Positions 11,231 through 20,990 of a stretch of DNA of 64,000 nucleotides are shown in pieces (positions within the stretch are counted from its first letter, which is position 1; the number at the start of each line of letters is the position of its first letter). Origin of the DNA: Thermomicrobiales bacterium (GTDB lineage Bacteria; Chloroflexota; Chloroflexia; Thermomicrobiales; CFX8). Below the pieces are notes generated by a model. That model saw only the letters and a program-made list of their open reading frames with translations, was not told the DNA's origin and searched no databases. A program made the translations under genes and the position numbers. Location of the stretch: NCBI GenBank assembly GCA_037045155.1, contig JBAOIG010000003.1, forward strand, positions 5,818 to 69,817, in the 5' to 3' direction.

Positions 11231-11233
11231 AAC

Positions 11234-12357
11234 ATGTACGAGGATCGACCGGGCGGTGGCCTCGTCCGCCTGATCGCAGTCGATTGCGACAACACACTCT
11301 GGGGTGGGGTTGTTGGCGAGGTCGGGCTGGGACGGAATCGAGCTCGGCGAGGATGGCCCCGGGCGCGCCTACCAGCTCTTCCAGCAGCAGCTGAAGCGGC
11401 TCAAGGAGCGGGGCATCCTGCTTGCGGTGGTCAGCCGCAACGAGGAGGCGGATGTCCTGGAGGTGTTCGAGCGCCACCCCGGCATGGTGCTCCGGCCGGC
11501 CGACATCGCGACCTGGAGCGTCAACTGGCGCCACAAGTCGGAGAACCTGCGCTCGCTCGCCGAGGAGATGAACCTGGGGCTGGACAGCTTTGTGTTTCTG
11601 GACGATGACCCGGCGGTGCCGGGCGGAAGTGGCAGCGCGCGCGCCGGAGGTCCACGTCGTCCCCTTGCCGAGCCGCGCGACGGGATACGCCGAGGCGCTC
11701 GCGCGGCTCTGGCTATTCGATGGCGCCCAGGCGACGGATGTGGACGCGGCGCGGACGCAAATGATGCAGGAGGAAGGACGACGCAAGCGCGAATCGACGG
11801 CAGCCGCCAGCATCGACGAGTTCCTCGCCGGGCTGGACCTGCGGGTCGAGATGCGACCGCCGGAGGACACTGAGTGGGCGCGTGTCGCTCAACTCACCCA
11901 GCGCACCAATCAGTTCAACCTGTCGTTGAAGCGTCGCACCGTCGAGGAAGTCCGGGCATTGGCCGGCGAGGAGGCGGTTCTTGTCTTGAAGGCGGCCGAC
12001 CGGTTCGGAGATTACGGCCTCGTCGGGGTGGTATTCGTCCGGCCGCCGGACGCGGCCCGCTCGGCCGAAATTGACACGCTGCTGATGAGCTGTCGGGCAC
12101 TCGGCCGGGGCGTCGAGGATGCGTTCCTCGCCGGCATGGCGGCGCTAGCCGCCGGCCAGGGAGCAACAACCCTGGTCGCGCCATACGTCGAAGGAAAGCG
12201 CAACGCGATGGTGCTGGACTACCTGCGACGCAGTGGATTCACCGAGCAGGGCTCCGGAGCATGGACGCTCTCGATCGTCGATCCGCCCTCACTGCCGGCC
12301 CACGTCCAGTTCGATAGCCCCTTGCTCGTCACGACCGGCGCTCCCGGGGGCAACTGA
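11234..12357 (+). pseudogene. FkbH-like HAD-IIIC family protein, two net +1 frame switches
   Basis: MYEDRPGGGLVRLIAVDCDNTLWGG (HAD motif I) is followed by WDGIELGEDGPGRAYQLFQQQLKRLKERGILLAVVSRNEE...FVFLDDDPAV in the next frame, with an extra base at 11327. RAEVAARAPEVHVVPLP...TNQFNL...MSCRALGRGVE follows in the third frame, with an extra base at 11619. The gene ends at the stop at 12355-12357. Confidence 0.6.
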
Positions 12358-12370
12358 AAGGATCGTCTTG

Positions 12371-13339
12371 ATGGAGACAGTGTCTTGCCTGCTCTGCGGA
12401 TACCCAGGGAGCACGGTGCGCGTGACTGGGTGGGATCGTATGTGCAATGTGCCGGGGGTGTACACGCTGGTCGAATGCGACCGATGCGGCTTCCTCTACC
12501 TGTCGCCGCGCCCCGATGCGGAGGAGATCAAGCGTCACTATCCGGAGGAGTACCCGTTCTACGCATCGTTCTTCGACCAATCCTCCTACATCAAGTCGAT
12601 CGGTGTCTATGAGCTGACCAAGCGCGCCCAGCAGGTGCTCGACGCGGTGAGTGGCGGGCATGACGTGCTCGATATCGGCTGTGCCGTCGGCGACTTCCTG
12701 TCGATGATGAGCTCGAAGGGCTGGAATGTGCGTGGGGTAGAACCCGACCCTGGCGCGGCTGCCTATGCCCGCAAGCGACACGGGATCGACGTGTTCAACG
12801 GCTATCTCGAAGAGGCTTCATTCGAACCCGAGTCATTCGACGCCGTGACAATGTGGGAGGTTCTTGAGCATACTCCCCAGCCCCTCGATACGCTGCGGCG
12901 CGCCTTCGATCTGCTCCGGCCCGGCGGCGCGATTGTCATGTCGGTGCCAAACCGGGACTCGCTCGAATCAAAGGTGTTTGGGACATACTGGATTGGCAAT
13001 GACTTCCCACGCCATTTCTCCGTGTTTTCGCCGAAGCACATGCGTGTGGCGCTGAGCTCGGCTGGATTCGTCGAGCCGCGAATCATCAGCCAGCGTGGCC
13101 GTCTGGGGGCGATGCATAACGAGATCGCCTGCGGGCTTGGCAGCATCGACCTCTGGCTACACGCTGGAGACCGCGATCGCGGCGCAAGGCGCATCGCAGA
13201 TCGCGTCCTGTTGCCGATTGTCACGAAGCCTGTGGGTGTCGTCCCCATCTTCATTGCGTCGTTGCCGATGTCGGTTGCGATCCGGAAGCTGAACCTCGGG
13301 TCGCAGATGATCGCCGTTGCCCACAAGCCAGCCGCCTGA
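12371..13339 (+). CDS. class I SAM-dependent methyltransferase with N-terminal Cys4 motif
   Basis: ATG 12371 with AAAGGA upstream. CLLCG...CDRCG zinc-ribbon-like N-terminus. The VLDIGCAVGDF motif (SAM binding) and the downstream PGGAIVMSVPN are typical of Methyltransf_11/23 proteins. Confidence 0.7.
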   Translation: METVSCLLCGYPGSTVRVTGWDRMCNVPGVYTLVECDRCGFLYLSPRPDAEEIKRHYPEEYPFYASFFDQSSYIKSIGVYELTKRAQQVLDAVSGGHDVLDIGCAVGDFLSMMSSKGWNVRGVEPDPGAAAYARKRHGIDVFNGYLEEASFEPESFDAVTMWEVLEHTPQPLDTLRRAFDLLRPGGAIVMSVPNRDSLESKVFGTYWIGNDFPRHFSVFSPKHMRVALSSAGFVEPRIISQRGRLGAMHNEIACGLGSIDLWLHAGDRDRGARRIADRVLLPIVTKPVGVVPIFIASLPMSVAIRKLNLGSQMIAVAHKPAA

Positions 13340-13395
13340 TCTGCCTGGCCCGCGTACACTTCGCTGAATCCGCTTGGCGGAGAGAGGGGTAGCGT

Positions 13396-14205
13396 GTGGC
13401 GCTTCGGATCGCGATCGACAACAGGCTGGAGACTGCCCGGCTGACCTATCCGTTCGAGGCGGGTTGGGTCGAGCAAGGAGGAGTTTCCCTTGTCGAGGGC
13501 CTGACCTCGACCCGGGCGGCCGACGTGGATATCGCCCTGCTCGACAGCGTTTCGGCGCTCTCGATGCTGGCGAATTTCGCCGTCCTGTCCGATCTGGCGC
13601 TTGTCACCCGGCGGGCGACGATGCTGACACTGGCAACCCATACGCGGCCGGACGATGTCGATGATGTCGCGGTGTCGCTCGCAGGGGTCTCGCCGGCCGG
13701 ACGCGCGGTGGCGCTAGCGACACTGCAGCCATTCTATGGCATCCGCGCGAGAGAATGGTCGGAGGAGACGTTCCCCGTTGACACGGAACACGCCGTCGTC
13801 AGCGAGGGGCCGGCCGCCCTGATCCTGGCCGGGGATGAGGAGACCCACCAGGAAGACCTCGGGCGAGCCTGGTATCTGCTCACCGACACGCCATTCGTCA
13901 GCCACATCTGCGTCGTCCGTCGAGGACTACTCTCTCGAGACCCGGTAGCTGTAGCCGAGGCGGCCGGGTATCTGGTCGCCTCGCTCGAAGCGGGAAACGA
14001 GCGTGGGCGCGAGTTGCGGCGCGATATGGCGAAGCGATACGACATCGATCGCGACCTGCTGGTCGAAGTGATGGCCGACCAGGAGTGGGAGTTGACGGCG
14101 GAAGGAGTCTCTGGCCTCGCTCTGCTGGCTCGCCGCTCCGGCCTCACCAGCGGCCCGGCGCTGGAGCGCGCGGTTGTGCGGGTCAGGACGAGCAAGGCAG
14201 GCTAG
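13396..14205 (+). CDS. MqnA/MqnD/periplasmic-binding-fold family protein (menaquinone-futalosine type), tentative
   Basis: GTG start, 269 aa. By recall it resembles the MqnA family (DLGRAWYLLTDTPFVSHICVVRRG compared with the conserved W..TGLPFVFAVW block). No search was run. Confidence 0.4.
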   Translation: MALRIAIDNRLETARLTYPFEAGWVEQGGVSLVEGLTSTRAADVDIALLDSVSALSMLANFAVLSDLALVTRRATMLTLATHTRPDDVDDVAVSLAGVSPAGRAVALATLQPFYGIRAREWSEETFPVDTEHAVVSEGPAALILAGDEETHQEDLGRAWYLLTDTPFVSHICVVRRGLLSRDPVAVAEAAGYLVASLEAGNERGRELRRDMAKRYDIDRDLLVEVMADQEWELTAEGVSGLALLARRSGLTSGPALERAVVRVRTSKAG

Positions 14206-14318
14206 CGCGGCGATCGGCCGGCCGGTCGCCGGGACTGACAACGCGACGTAACCTTATGGGTGAGATTTGGCGACTCGACGGTGAGTCGCCGCGCGGCGTG
14301 AAAGGAACGGCGGCCAGG

Positions 14319-15875
14319 ATGTCACTTCGAGCAGCATTTCAGAACGAACCGTATACCGATTTCGCGGTCGAGGAGAATCGCGCGGCAATGCGTGCCGCGC
14401 TCGACGAAGTCGGCGCCCAGCTCGGCCAGCGCTACCCGCTGATCATCGGTGGCGAACGGCGTGAGACGGGTGAGTGGATCACCTCGACCAACCCGGGCAA
14501 TCCGTCGCAGGTGGTTGGCGAGGTCGCCAGAGGGCGAGCCAGCGACGTCGAGGACGCGATCGTGGCGGCCGAGAAGGCGTTCAAGAGCTGGAAGCGGATG
14601 AGCGCCACTGGTCGGGCCAGCACGCTGTTCAAGATGGCCGGCATCCTCCGTCGGCGTCGGCTCGAGCTGGCCGCCTGGATGGTCTTCGAGCTGGACAAGC
14701 CGTGGGATGAGGCCGAGGGTGAGATCGCCGAAGCGATCGACTTCCTGGAATGGTATGGCCGCAAGGCGTTCGAGCTGGGTCAGCCGGTGCCGCTTGCCCA
14801 TCTGGCAAACGAAGCGACCCAGATGATCTATGTCCCGCTCGGCATCGGAGTGGTCATCCCCCCCTGGAATTTCCCCTGCGCGATCCTGACCGGGATGACG
14901 ATGGCCCCCATCGCGGCCGGCAATGTCGTGATCCTCAAGCCGGCCAGCAACACCCCGGTCATCGGCTACAAGATGGTCGAGATCATGGAGGAGGCTGGCG
15001 TCCCGGCCGGAGTAATCAACTTTCTGCCCGGCAGCGGTAGCGAGATCGGCGACGCGCTGGTCGAGCATCCGAAGACGCGGTTCGTTGCCTTCACCGGCTC
15101 GAAGGACGTTGGTGTGCGGATCTACGAGCGGGCGGCGAAGCTCCAGCCGGGCCAGCGCTGGCTTAAGCGGGTGACAGCCGAGATGGGCGGCAAGGACGCG
15201 ATCATCGTCAACAACGACGCGGACCTCGATGCGGCGGCCGAGGGAATCGTCACCTCGGCGTTCGGCTTCAGCGGCCAGAAGTGCTCGGCCTGCTCGCGGG
15301 CGATCATTCACCAGGATGTCTACGATTCGCTGGTGGACAAGGTCGTCAAGCGCGCCGAGGCGGCGGTTTCTGTCGGCCCTGGTGTCGATGGCGAGGCGTC
15401 GATGGGCGCTGTCGTCGACAAGAAGCAGTACGATCAGATCCTGAAGTACATCGAGATCGGCAAGGGCGAGAGCCGGCTGGTCCTCGGCGGCGAGCCGGCG
15501 GCAGAAGAGGGCTACTACGTTGAGCCGACGATCTTCGCCGACGTCCCGCGAGATGCCCGAATCGCCTGCGAGGAGATCTTCGGCCCGGTGCTCGCGCTGG
15601 TGAAGGCGCGGGATTTCGATGACGCGCTGGACATTGCCAACGACTCCGAATACGGCTTGACCGGCTCGGTCTACGCCCGCGATCGGGCCGTGCTGGAGAA
15701 GGCGCGCGAGGAGTTCGAGGTCGGCAACCTGTATCTGAACCGCAAGTCCACCGGGGCAATGATGGGGGTTCACCCGTTCGGCGGGATGAAGCTGAGCGGG
15801 ACGAACACGAAGGGCGGCAGCCCGGACTATCTGCTGGCCTTCGTCGAGGCCAAGTCGGTCGGCGAGCTGCTGTAG
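14319..15875 (+). CDS. pruA: 1-pyrroline-5-carboxylate dehydrogenase
   Basis: [15 protein letters not shown]... aligns by eye along its whole length with Thermus-type P5CDH, including the ALDH motifs EMGGKDA and the [10 protein letters not shown] catalytic Cys. AAAGGAA RBS lies before ATG 14319. Confidence 0.85.
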   Translation: MSLRAAFQNEPYTDFAVEENRAAMRAALDEVGAQLGQRYPLIIGGERRETGEWITSTNPGNPSQVVGEVARGRASDVEDAIVAAEKAFKSWKRMSATGRASTLFKMAGILRRRRLELAAWMVFELDKPWDEAEGEIAEAIDFLEWYGRKAFELGQPVPLAHLANEATQMIYVPLGIGVVIPPWNFPCAILTGMTMAPIAAGNVVILKPASNTPVIGYKMVEIMEEAGVPAGVINFLPGSGSEIGDALVEHPKTRFVAFTGSKDVGVRIYERAAKLQPGQRWLKRVTAEMGGKDAIIVNNDADLDAAAEGIVTSAFGFSGQKCSACSRAIIHQDVYDSLVDKVVKRAEAAVSVGPGVDGEASMGAVVDKKQYDQILKYIEIGKGESRLVLGGEPAAEEGYYVEPTIFADVPRDARIACEEIFGPVLALVKARDFDDALDIANDSEYGLTGSVYARDRAVLEKAREEFEVGNLYLNRKSTGAMMGVHPFGGMKLSGTNTKGGSPDYLLAFVEAKSVGELL

Positions 15876-15904
15876 GAGCGCGGCTGGGCAGGGGCGACCC
15901 GCTT

Positions 15905-16228
15905 GCCTGTCATCCTTCACTCCGTTCAGGATGACAGAGAAATGGGAAGCTGCCGGCCTGCCATATTCACTGCGGTCGCCTACTCAGTGCAGCGACTAGC
16001 ATGATGCGTCCTGTATTGTGGTGCGACAGCCACCACCGCTCGTTGTCATTCCGAGCCGCAGCGAGGAATCTCCCCTGGCTGGATACAGTCGAACGCAGGG
16101 AGATCCTTCGGCTGCGCGGGCGCCATCGCCCAGGGGGCACCCGCGCAGAGGATGACAAAGGACAGGGAGGCTATCGACGTGACAGTTCATACTGGTTGAT
16201 GCACTCAGGATGACGAAGGAACGAGTCG
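15905..16228. repeat. two copies of a ~200-bp hairpin (MITE-like) repeat family
   Basis: Shares long near-identical stretches with 23.0-24.3 kb, for example GTGCGACAGCCACCACCGCTCGTTGTCATTCCGAGCCGCAGCGAGGAATCTCC ... GGAGATCCTTCGGCTGCGCGGGCGCC ... AGGATGACA. The arms GTCAT.C.GAGCC.CAGCGA.G.ATC and GATCCTTCGGCTGCG...AGGATGAC are inverted complements. Confidence 0.8.
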
Positions 16229-16294
16229 CCTGTCGCTTGAACGGATCGTCCAGCCTGCTTCCGAGGTGGGCCGAATTGGAAGGAAGGACCCGCC

Positions 16295-17272
16295 GTGGCG
16301 TCTGCAACCGTATCGGCTAGCCAGTCCCTGCCGGCCAGGCTGTCGGCGATGGTCAACCCGGTTTTCCGCAAGGGCATCCTGCTGGCGACGCACAACCGTC
16401 TCGTCGCCAAGGTTGTCCGACGCTATGGAATGCGGCTCGGCGGCAACCGTTTTGTGGCTGGTGAGGATCTCGACCAGGCTGTGCCGGTGCTCCGGCGGCT
16501 CAACGAGCAGGGCCTGCTGACCAACACAACGCTGCTCGGCGAGGCAGTGCGCGACGAGCGCGCCGTCGCGGCCGTCGTCGGTGAATATGTCCGGCTGCTC
16601 GACCGAATCCAGGCCGAGGGGTTGAAGACCAACATTGCGCTCAAGCTGACCCACCTGGGGCTGGATCTCGGCGAAGATGTCGCCTATGCCAACGTCGAGC
16701 GACTGGTTGCGCACGCTGCAACGGTCGGCAACTTCATCCGGATCGACATGGAGGAGTCGGCGCGTGTCGACCCGACGCTGCGGATCTACCGCCGGCTGCG
16801 CGCGGCCGGCCACGACAATGTCGGCGCCGTCCTCCAGTCGGCCTTGCTGAGGACTCCGGCGGACCTCGAATCGCTGCTGGCGCTCAAGCCTAACCTCCGG
16901 CTGGTGAAGGGCGCCTATCTCGAATCGCCAGCGATCGCGCACCAGAAGAAGACAGACGTCGATGCCGCCTACGTGCGACTTGCCGAGCGGATGCTGCTCG
17001 AAAATAGCTTCACCGCGATCGCGACGCACGACGAGAAGATCATCGACTACATGATCAGCTTCGCCGCGCAGCATGGGCTGACCAGCGATAGCTTCGAGAT
17101 TCAGATGCTCTATGGAATCCGGAGCCAGTATCAGCTCGATCTGGTTCGGCGCGGATTCCGCGTTCTGGTTGCCAGCCCCTACGGCGCAGAGTGGTATTTC
17201 TACCTGATGCGTCGGTTGGCTGAACGGCCGGCCAACGTCATGTTCCTCCTGCGCGGGATCGCCCGGCGCTAG
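16295..17272 (+). CDS. proline dehydrogenase (monofunctional PRODH)
   Basis: Collinear by eye with Thermus PRODH: LKLTHLGLDL, IRIDMEES, NLRLVKGAY, ATHD, and the C-terminal YLMRRLAERPAN. The start is either GTG 16295 or ATG 16349. Confidence 0.85.
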   Translation: MASATVSASQSLPARLSAMVNPVFRKGILLATHNRLVAKVVRRYGMRLGGNRFVAGEDLDQAVPVLRRLNEQGLLTNTTLLGEAVRDERAVAAVVGEYVRLLDRIQAEGLKTNIALKLTHLGLDLGEDVAYANVERLVAHAATVGNFIRIDMEESARVDPTLRIYRRLRAAGHDNVGAVLQSALLRTPADLESLLALKPNLRLVKGAYLESPAIAHQKKTDVDAAYVRLAERMLLENSFTAIATHDEKIIDYMISFAAQHGLTSDSFEIQMLYGIRSQYQLDLVRRGFRVLVASPYGAEWYFYLMRRLAERPANVMFLLRGIARR

Positions 17273-17349
17273 GCGCGAAGACGCTTGCCAACCGGGTTCC
17301 ACCGCCGATAATGCCAACCGAGGGTATGGCGTGAGCGAAGGGATTCCCA

Positions 17350-18981
17350 GTGGCGACAAGCTATGACGTGCTGATTCGTGGCGGCAAGGTGATCGATGGG
17401 ACCGGCAACCCGTGGTTCTACGGAGATGTGGCGCTTGCTGGCGATCGTGTCGCCGCAGTGGCGCCGCGCGGACGGATCGACCCGGCTAACGCGCGCGAGG
17501 TCGTTGATGCCGCCGGCCACGTCGTCAGCCCCGGCTTCATCGACATCCAGTCGCACTCAATCCTGCCGCTCTTCGCCGAGGGTCGATCGCTGTCGAAAAT
17601 CACCCAGGGGGTGACGACCGAGATCATGGGCGAAGGGTGGACTCCCTCCCCTTTCGGCGGACGTATCACCAGCCCGCTCGGCTCATCGATCGTTTCGGCC
17701 GACGCTACCGATGAGTGGGAGTCCCGCGCGCGTGGCTGGACGCGATTTCGCGCCTGGCTGGAGGCGATCGAGCAGCGTGGCGCGTCGGTCAACATCGGCT
17801 CGTTCGTCGGCGGCGCGACGGTGCGCGAATACGCCATGGGCTGGGACATGCGCGAGGCGACGACCGACGAGCTGGCGACGATGAAGCGTGTCATGGACGA
17901 GTGCATGCGCGAAGGGGCATTCGGCGTCGCGGCGGCGCTGATCTACCCTCCCGGCTCCTACGCAACTACCGATGAATTGGTTGAGGTCTGCAAGGTCATT
18001 GCGAGCCACGGCGGGGTCTACATCAGCCACATCCGCTCGGAGGCCGATCTCCTGCTGGAGGGAATGGCCGAAGCGATCGAGATTGGCCGGCGTTCCGGCG
18101 TCGCGGTCGAGGTCTATCACCTCAAGGCGTCGGGCAAGCAGAGCTGGCAGTTGATGCCGCGCGCGATGGAGATGATCGACGAGGCGCGTGCCGCCGGGAT
18201 CGACATCACCTCCGACATGTACCCCTATGTCGCCAGCGGAACGGGACTCACGACCCTGGTCCCGAACTGGGCATCCGAGGGGGGCAAGCTCTATGAGAAT
18301 CTCGCCGACGACCGCGTCTGGGCGGTGATGCGCGCCGAGATGATCGACCCGCCGCTCGAAGCGCCATCGATGTCACGCGCGCAGAATCTCGAAGGGGTGA
18401 TGCCGGTCGGGTTCGTCCGCAGTGAGAACCGGCACTATATCGGCAAGCGTCTGCCGGAGATCGCTGCCGAACGCGGCGAGGAGTGGCCTGACACTGTCCG
18501 GGCCATGCTTCTCTCCGAGCATCAGCGTATCTCGACGATCTTCTTCATGATGAGCGAGGAAAACGTCCGTCGCCAGCTGACGCAGCCGTGGATCAAGATC
18601 AGCACCGACGCGGGCGGCCTCGACCCTGTGGGCCAGACAAACCCGACTCACCCGCGCGCATACGGGACATACCCCCGCGTCCTCGGCCACTACGTCCGCG
18701 ACGAAGGCATCCTGCCGCTGGAGGACGCCATACGTAAGATGACCTCGTCCGTTGCCGATCGGCTGAGCCTGCGCGATCGCGGAATGCTTCGCGAGGGGAT
18801 GCTGGCCGACATCATCGTCTTCGACCCGGAGACGGTGCGCGATAACGCGACGTTCACCGACCCCCACCGGCTCTCGACCGGTATCCGTGATGTCTGGGTC
18901 AACGGCGGGCGTGTGCTGCGCGAAGGCCTGCACACCGGCGCGATGCCCGGCCGGATCGTCGACGGGCCTGGCCGACGCTAA
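17350..18981 (+). CDS. N-acyl-D-amino-acid deacylase (D-aminoacylase) family amidohydrolase
   Basis: YDVLIRGGKVIDGTGNPWFYGDVALAGDRVAAV...PGFIDIQSHS N-terminus and a 543-aa length are typical of this family. Confidence 0.75.
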   Translation: MATSYDVLIRGGKVIDGTGNPWFYGDVALAGDRVAAVAPRGRIDPANAREVVDAAGHVVSPGFIDIQSHSILPLFAEGRSLSKITQGVTTEIMGEGWTPSPFGGRITSPLGSSIVSADATDEWESRARGWTRFRAWLEAIEQRGASVNIGSFVGGATVREYAMGWDMREATTDELATMKRVMDECMREGAFGVAAALIYPPGSYATTDELVEVCKVIASHGGVYISHIRSEADLLLEGMAEAIEIGRRSGVAVEVYHLKASGKQSWQLMPRAMEMIDEARAAGIDITSDMYPYVASGTGLTTLVPNWASEGGKLYENLADDRVWAVMRAEMIDPPLEAPSMSRAQNLEGVMPVGFVRSENRHYIGKRLPEIAAERGEEWPDTVRAMLLSEHQRISTIFFMMSEENVRRQLTQPWIKISTDAGGLDPVGQTNPTHPRAYGTYPRVLGHYVRDEGILPLEDAIRKMTSSVADRLSLRDRGMLREGMLADIIVFDPETVRDNATFTDPHRLSTGIRDVWVNGGRVLREGLHTGAMPGRIVDGPGRR

Positions 18982-19208
18982 CCGACAGACGGGCGCTGGG
19001 AGCGACATTGTCGCTCCCAATGCCCGGCCCCAGCGCAATATCCTGTGCAAATCTTCATAGTCTCGTCGTTACTATGTTGACGGATCGAAAGGCTGCGTCT
19101 AGCATCGGTGTAATCCGCTGTTCCGTGATCCGCCCGCAGACCGTGTTGTTGCTCGTGAGGTGAGTGACTTGCAGGTCTGTTGTGCGTAACCTTTGGGGAG
19201 GTAGCGAC

Positions 19209-20972
19209 GTGAGCCAACGTGATACCCAGGACCTCAATGACAAGATCTACGCGAACTGGCAGCGATTCTATCGAGAAGGCCGTATCAATCGTCGGACGCT
19301 GATGCAGGCGATGATGGTCTGGGCCGGCGCGGCGAGTGTCGGCGGACTGTTGGCCGCTTGTGGCGGCAGCGCCGAGAACACGCCCAGCGGCGGTGGAGCG
19401 GCGACTGCTCCGTCGGGCGGCGCAACGGCGCCAGCAGGCGGCGCGACTGCTCCGACGGGTGGGGCCACCGCGCCGGCAGGCGGCGCGACCGCTCCGACAG
19501 GTGGGGCGGCGACCGAGGGCGGGATGCTGAGAGTCATCCTCGACCAGAACGACTTGCCGACGATGGACCCACACATGCACAACCTGCGCACAGGCATTAT
19601 CTTCTTCTACCATACCCACGATAATCTCGGCGTCCGCAACCGCGAGACGAACCAGATCGAGCCCTGGCTGGCGGAGAGCTGGGAGAACATCGAGCCGACC
19701 GTCTGGGAGATGAAGCTGCGGTCGGACGTCAAGTTCCACAACGGTGATCCGTTCACCGCCGCGACCGTCAAGTGGAACTGGGATCGCGTCACCAACCCGG
19801 ACCAGAAGAGCCAGCAGATGGGTAACCACTCCCAGATCGCCGGAGTCGACATCGTCGACGACTACACAGTCCATGTGAAGACGAAAGCCCCATACCCGAT
19901 CTTCACCGAGCGGCTGCAGAACTTCCAGATGATCCCCGAGAAGCTGGCTCAGGAGAAGGGTGATGCGTGGCTGGCCGAGAACCCCGTTGGCTCGGGGCCA
20001 TACAAGTTCGTCGAGTGGAAGCATGGACAATCGATCACACTCACCCGAAACGATGATTACTGGAACAAGGACGTCAGAGCGCCATACAAGGACCTGACTA
20101 TCCGCTTCGTCCCGGGCGTCCCGACCCAGCTAGCTGAGCTCCTGGCCGGCAACGTCGATATCATTCGCGTTGTTCCCTACGACCAGATGAAGGCAGTCGA
20201 GGATTCCGGAGTGGCGATGCCGATCACCCAGGCGATCCTGCGCGTCGGCTACACCCGGCTGGACGCGATGGGCCGTTCTGGCCCGAATCCGTTCCAGGAT
20301 GTGAAGGTGCGCCACGCCGCCAATCACGCCTGCGATATTCAGGGGTATATCGATACCCTCCAGCCGGGCGGTGACCGAACGCCGGCCATGCTCAACCCGA
20401 AGCACTTCGGCTTCGACCCGTCGATCGAGCCACACGACTATAACCCCGACAAGGCCAAGCAACTGTTGACCGAGGCCGGCCATCCGGACGGCATCGATGT
20501 CAAATGGGTTCGTGGCCCATCCTCAATGCCAAACCAGGATCAGGTCGACCAGGCAATGCAGCGAGATCTGGCGGCCGTCGGCATCCGGTGCGAATTCGAG
20601 ACGCTGAGTGACGGTAACGTCTTCACCACTCGGCACAACGAGGGCAAGGCGGGGCCGATGCACTCGTACAACTGGGGCTCGTATTCCGTCTTCGACGCGG
20701 ATGGCATCTACTGGGACCAGTTGCACACCGGCTCGATTTTCACCTACTACAGCAACCCCGAGCTTGACGCGCTCCTCGACGAAGGCCGCAGCTCGCTCGA
20801 TCAGGATCACCGCAAGGAGGTCTACTCGAAGGCGCAGCGGATCGTCCGTGACGAAGCGCCGGTGATCTTCATGTGGGGATTCCATTCCGTCTGGGGTGTC
20901 AGCAACAAGATCGACTGGAAGCCACGTCCAGACGAAATCGACATGTACTTCACCGCCAAGCCGAAGGCGTAA
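19209..20972 (+). CDS. ABC transporter substrate-binding lipoprotein, family 5 (peptide/nickel type)
   Basis: GTG 19209 with GGGGAGG upstream. Twin-arginine-like NRRTLMQAMMVWAGAASVGGLLAACGG signal with lipobox, then a GGATAP-type linker, then the SBP_bac_5 body. Confidence 0.85.
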   Translation: MSQRDTQDLNDKIYANWQRFYREGRINRRTLMQAMMVWAGAASVGGLLAACGGSAENTPSGGGAATAPSGGATAPAGGATAPTGGATAPAGGATAPTGGAATEGGMLRVILDQNDLPTMDPHMHNLRTGIIFFYHTHDNLGVRNRETNQIEPWLAESWENIEPTVWEMKLRSDVKFHNGDPFTAATVKWNWDRVTNPDQKSQQMGNHSQIAGVDIVDDYTVHVKTKAPYPIFTERLQNFQMIPEKLAQEKGDAWLAENPVGSGPYKFVEWKHGQSITLTRNDDYWNKDVRAPYKDLTIRFVPGVPTQLAELLAGNVDIIRVVPYDQMKAVEDSGVAMPITQAILRVGYTRLDAMGRSGPNPFQDVKVRHAANHACDIQGYIDTLQPGGDRTPAMLNPKHFGFDPSIEPHDYNPDKAKQLLTEAGHPDGIDVKWVRGPSSMPNQDQVDQAMQRDLAAVGIRCEFETLSDGNVFTTRHNEGKAGPMHSYNWGSYSVFDADGIYWDQLHTGSIFTYYSNPELDALLDEGRSSLDQDHRKEVYSKAQRIVRDEAPVIFMWGFHSVWGVSNKIDWKPRPDEIDMYFTAKPKA

Positions 20973-20990
20973 CCCGTCAGCAGCGGTAGT

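Noticed and set aside
11150-11330. Mobile-element boundary (integrase, tRNA target, inverted or direct repeats) at the block junction
   Set aside because: Nothing of the kind is visible. The junction lies inside a continuous open frame with no flanking repeats, so I could not support a genomic-island call.
3636-11650. Programmed ribosomal frameshifting as an explanation for the frame switches
   Set aside because: There are too many switches, in both directions, with no recurrent slippery heptamer or downstream pseudoknot. Indels (real or artefactual) are the simpler explanation.
14322-15920. 532-aa minus-strand ORF antisense to pruA
   Set aside because: It is a shadow ORF opposite a clearly conserved aldehyde dehydrogenase family gene.
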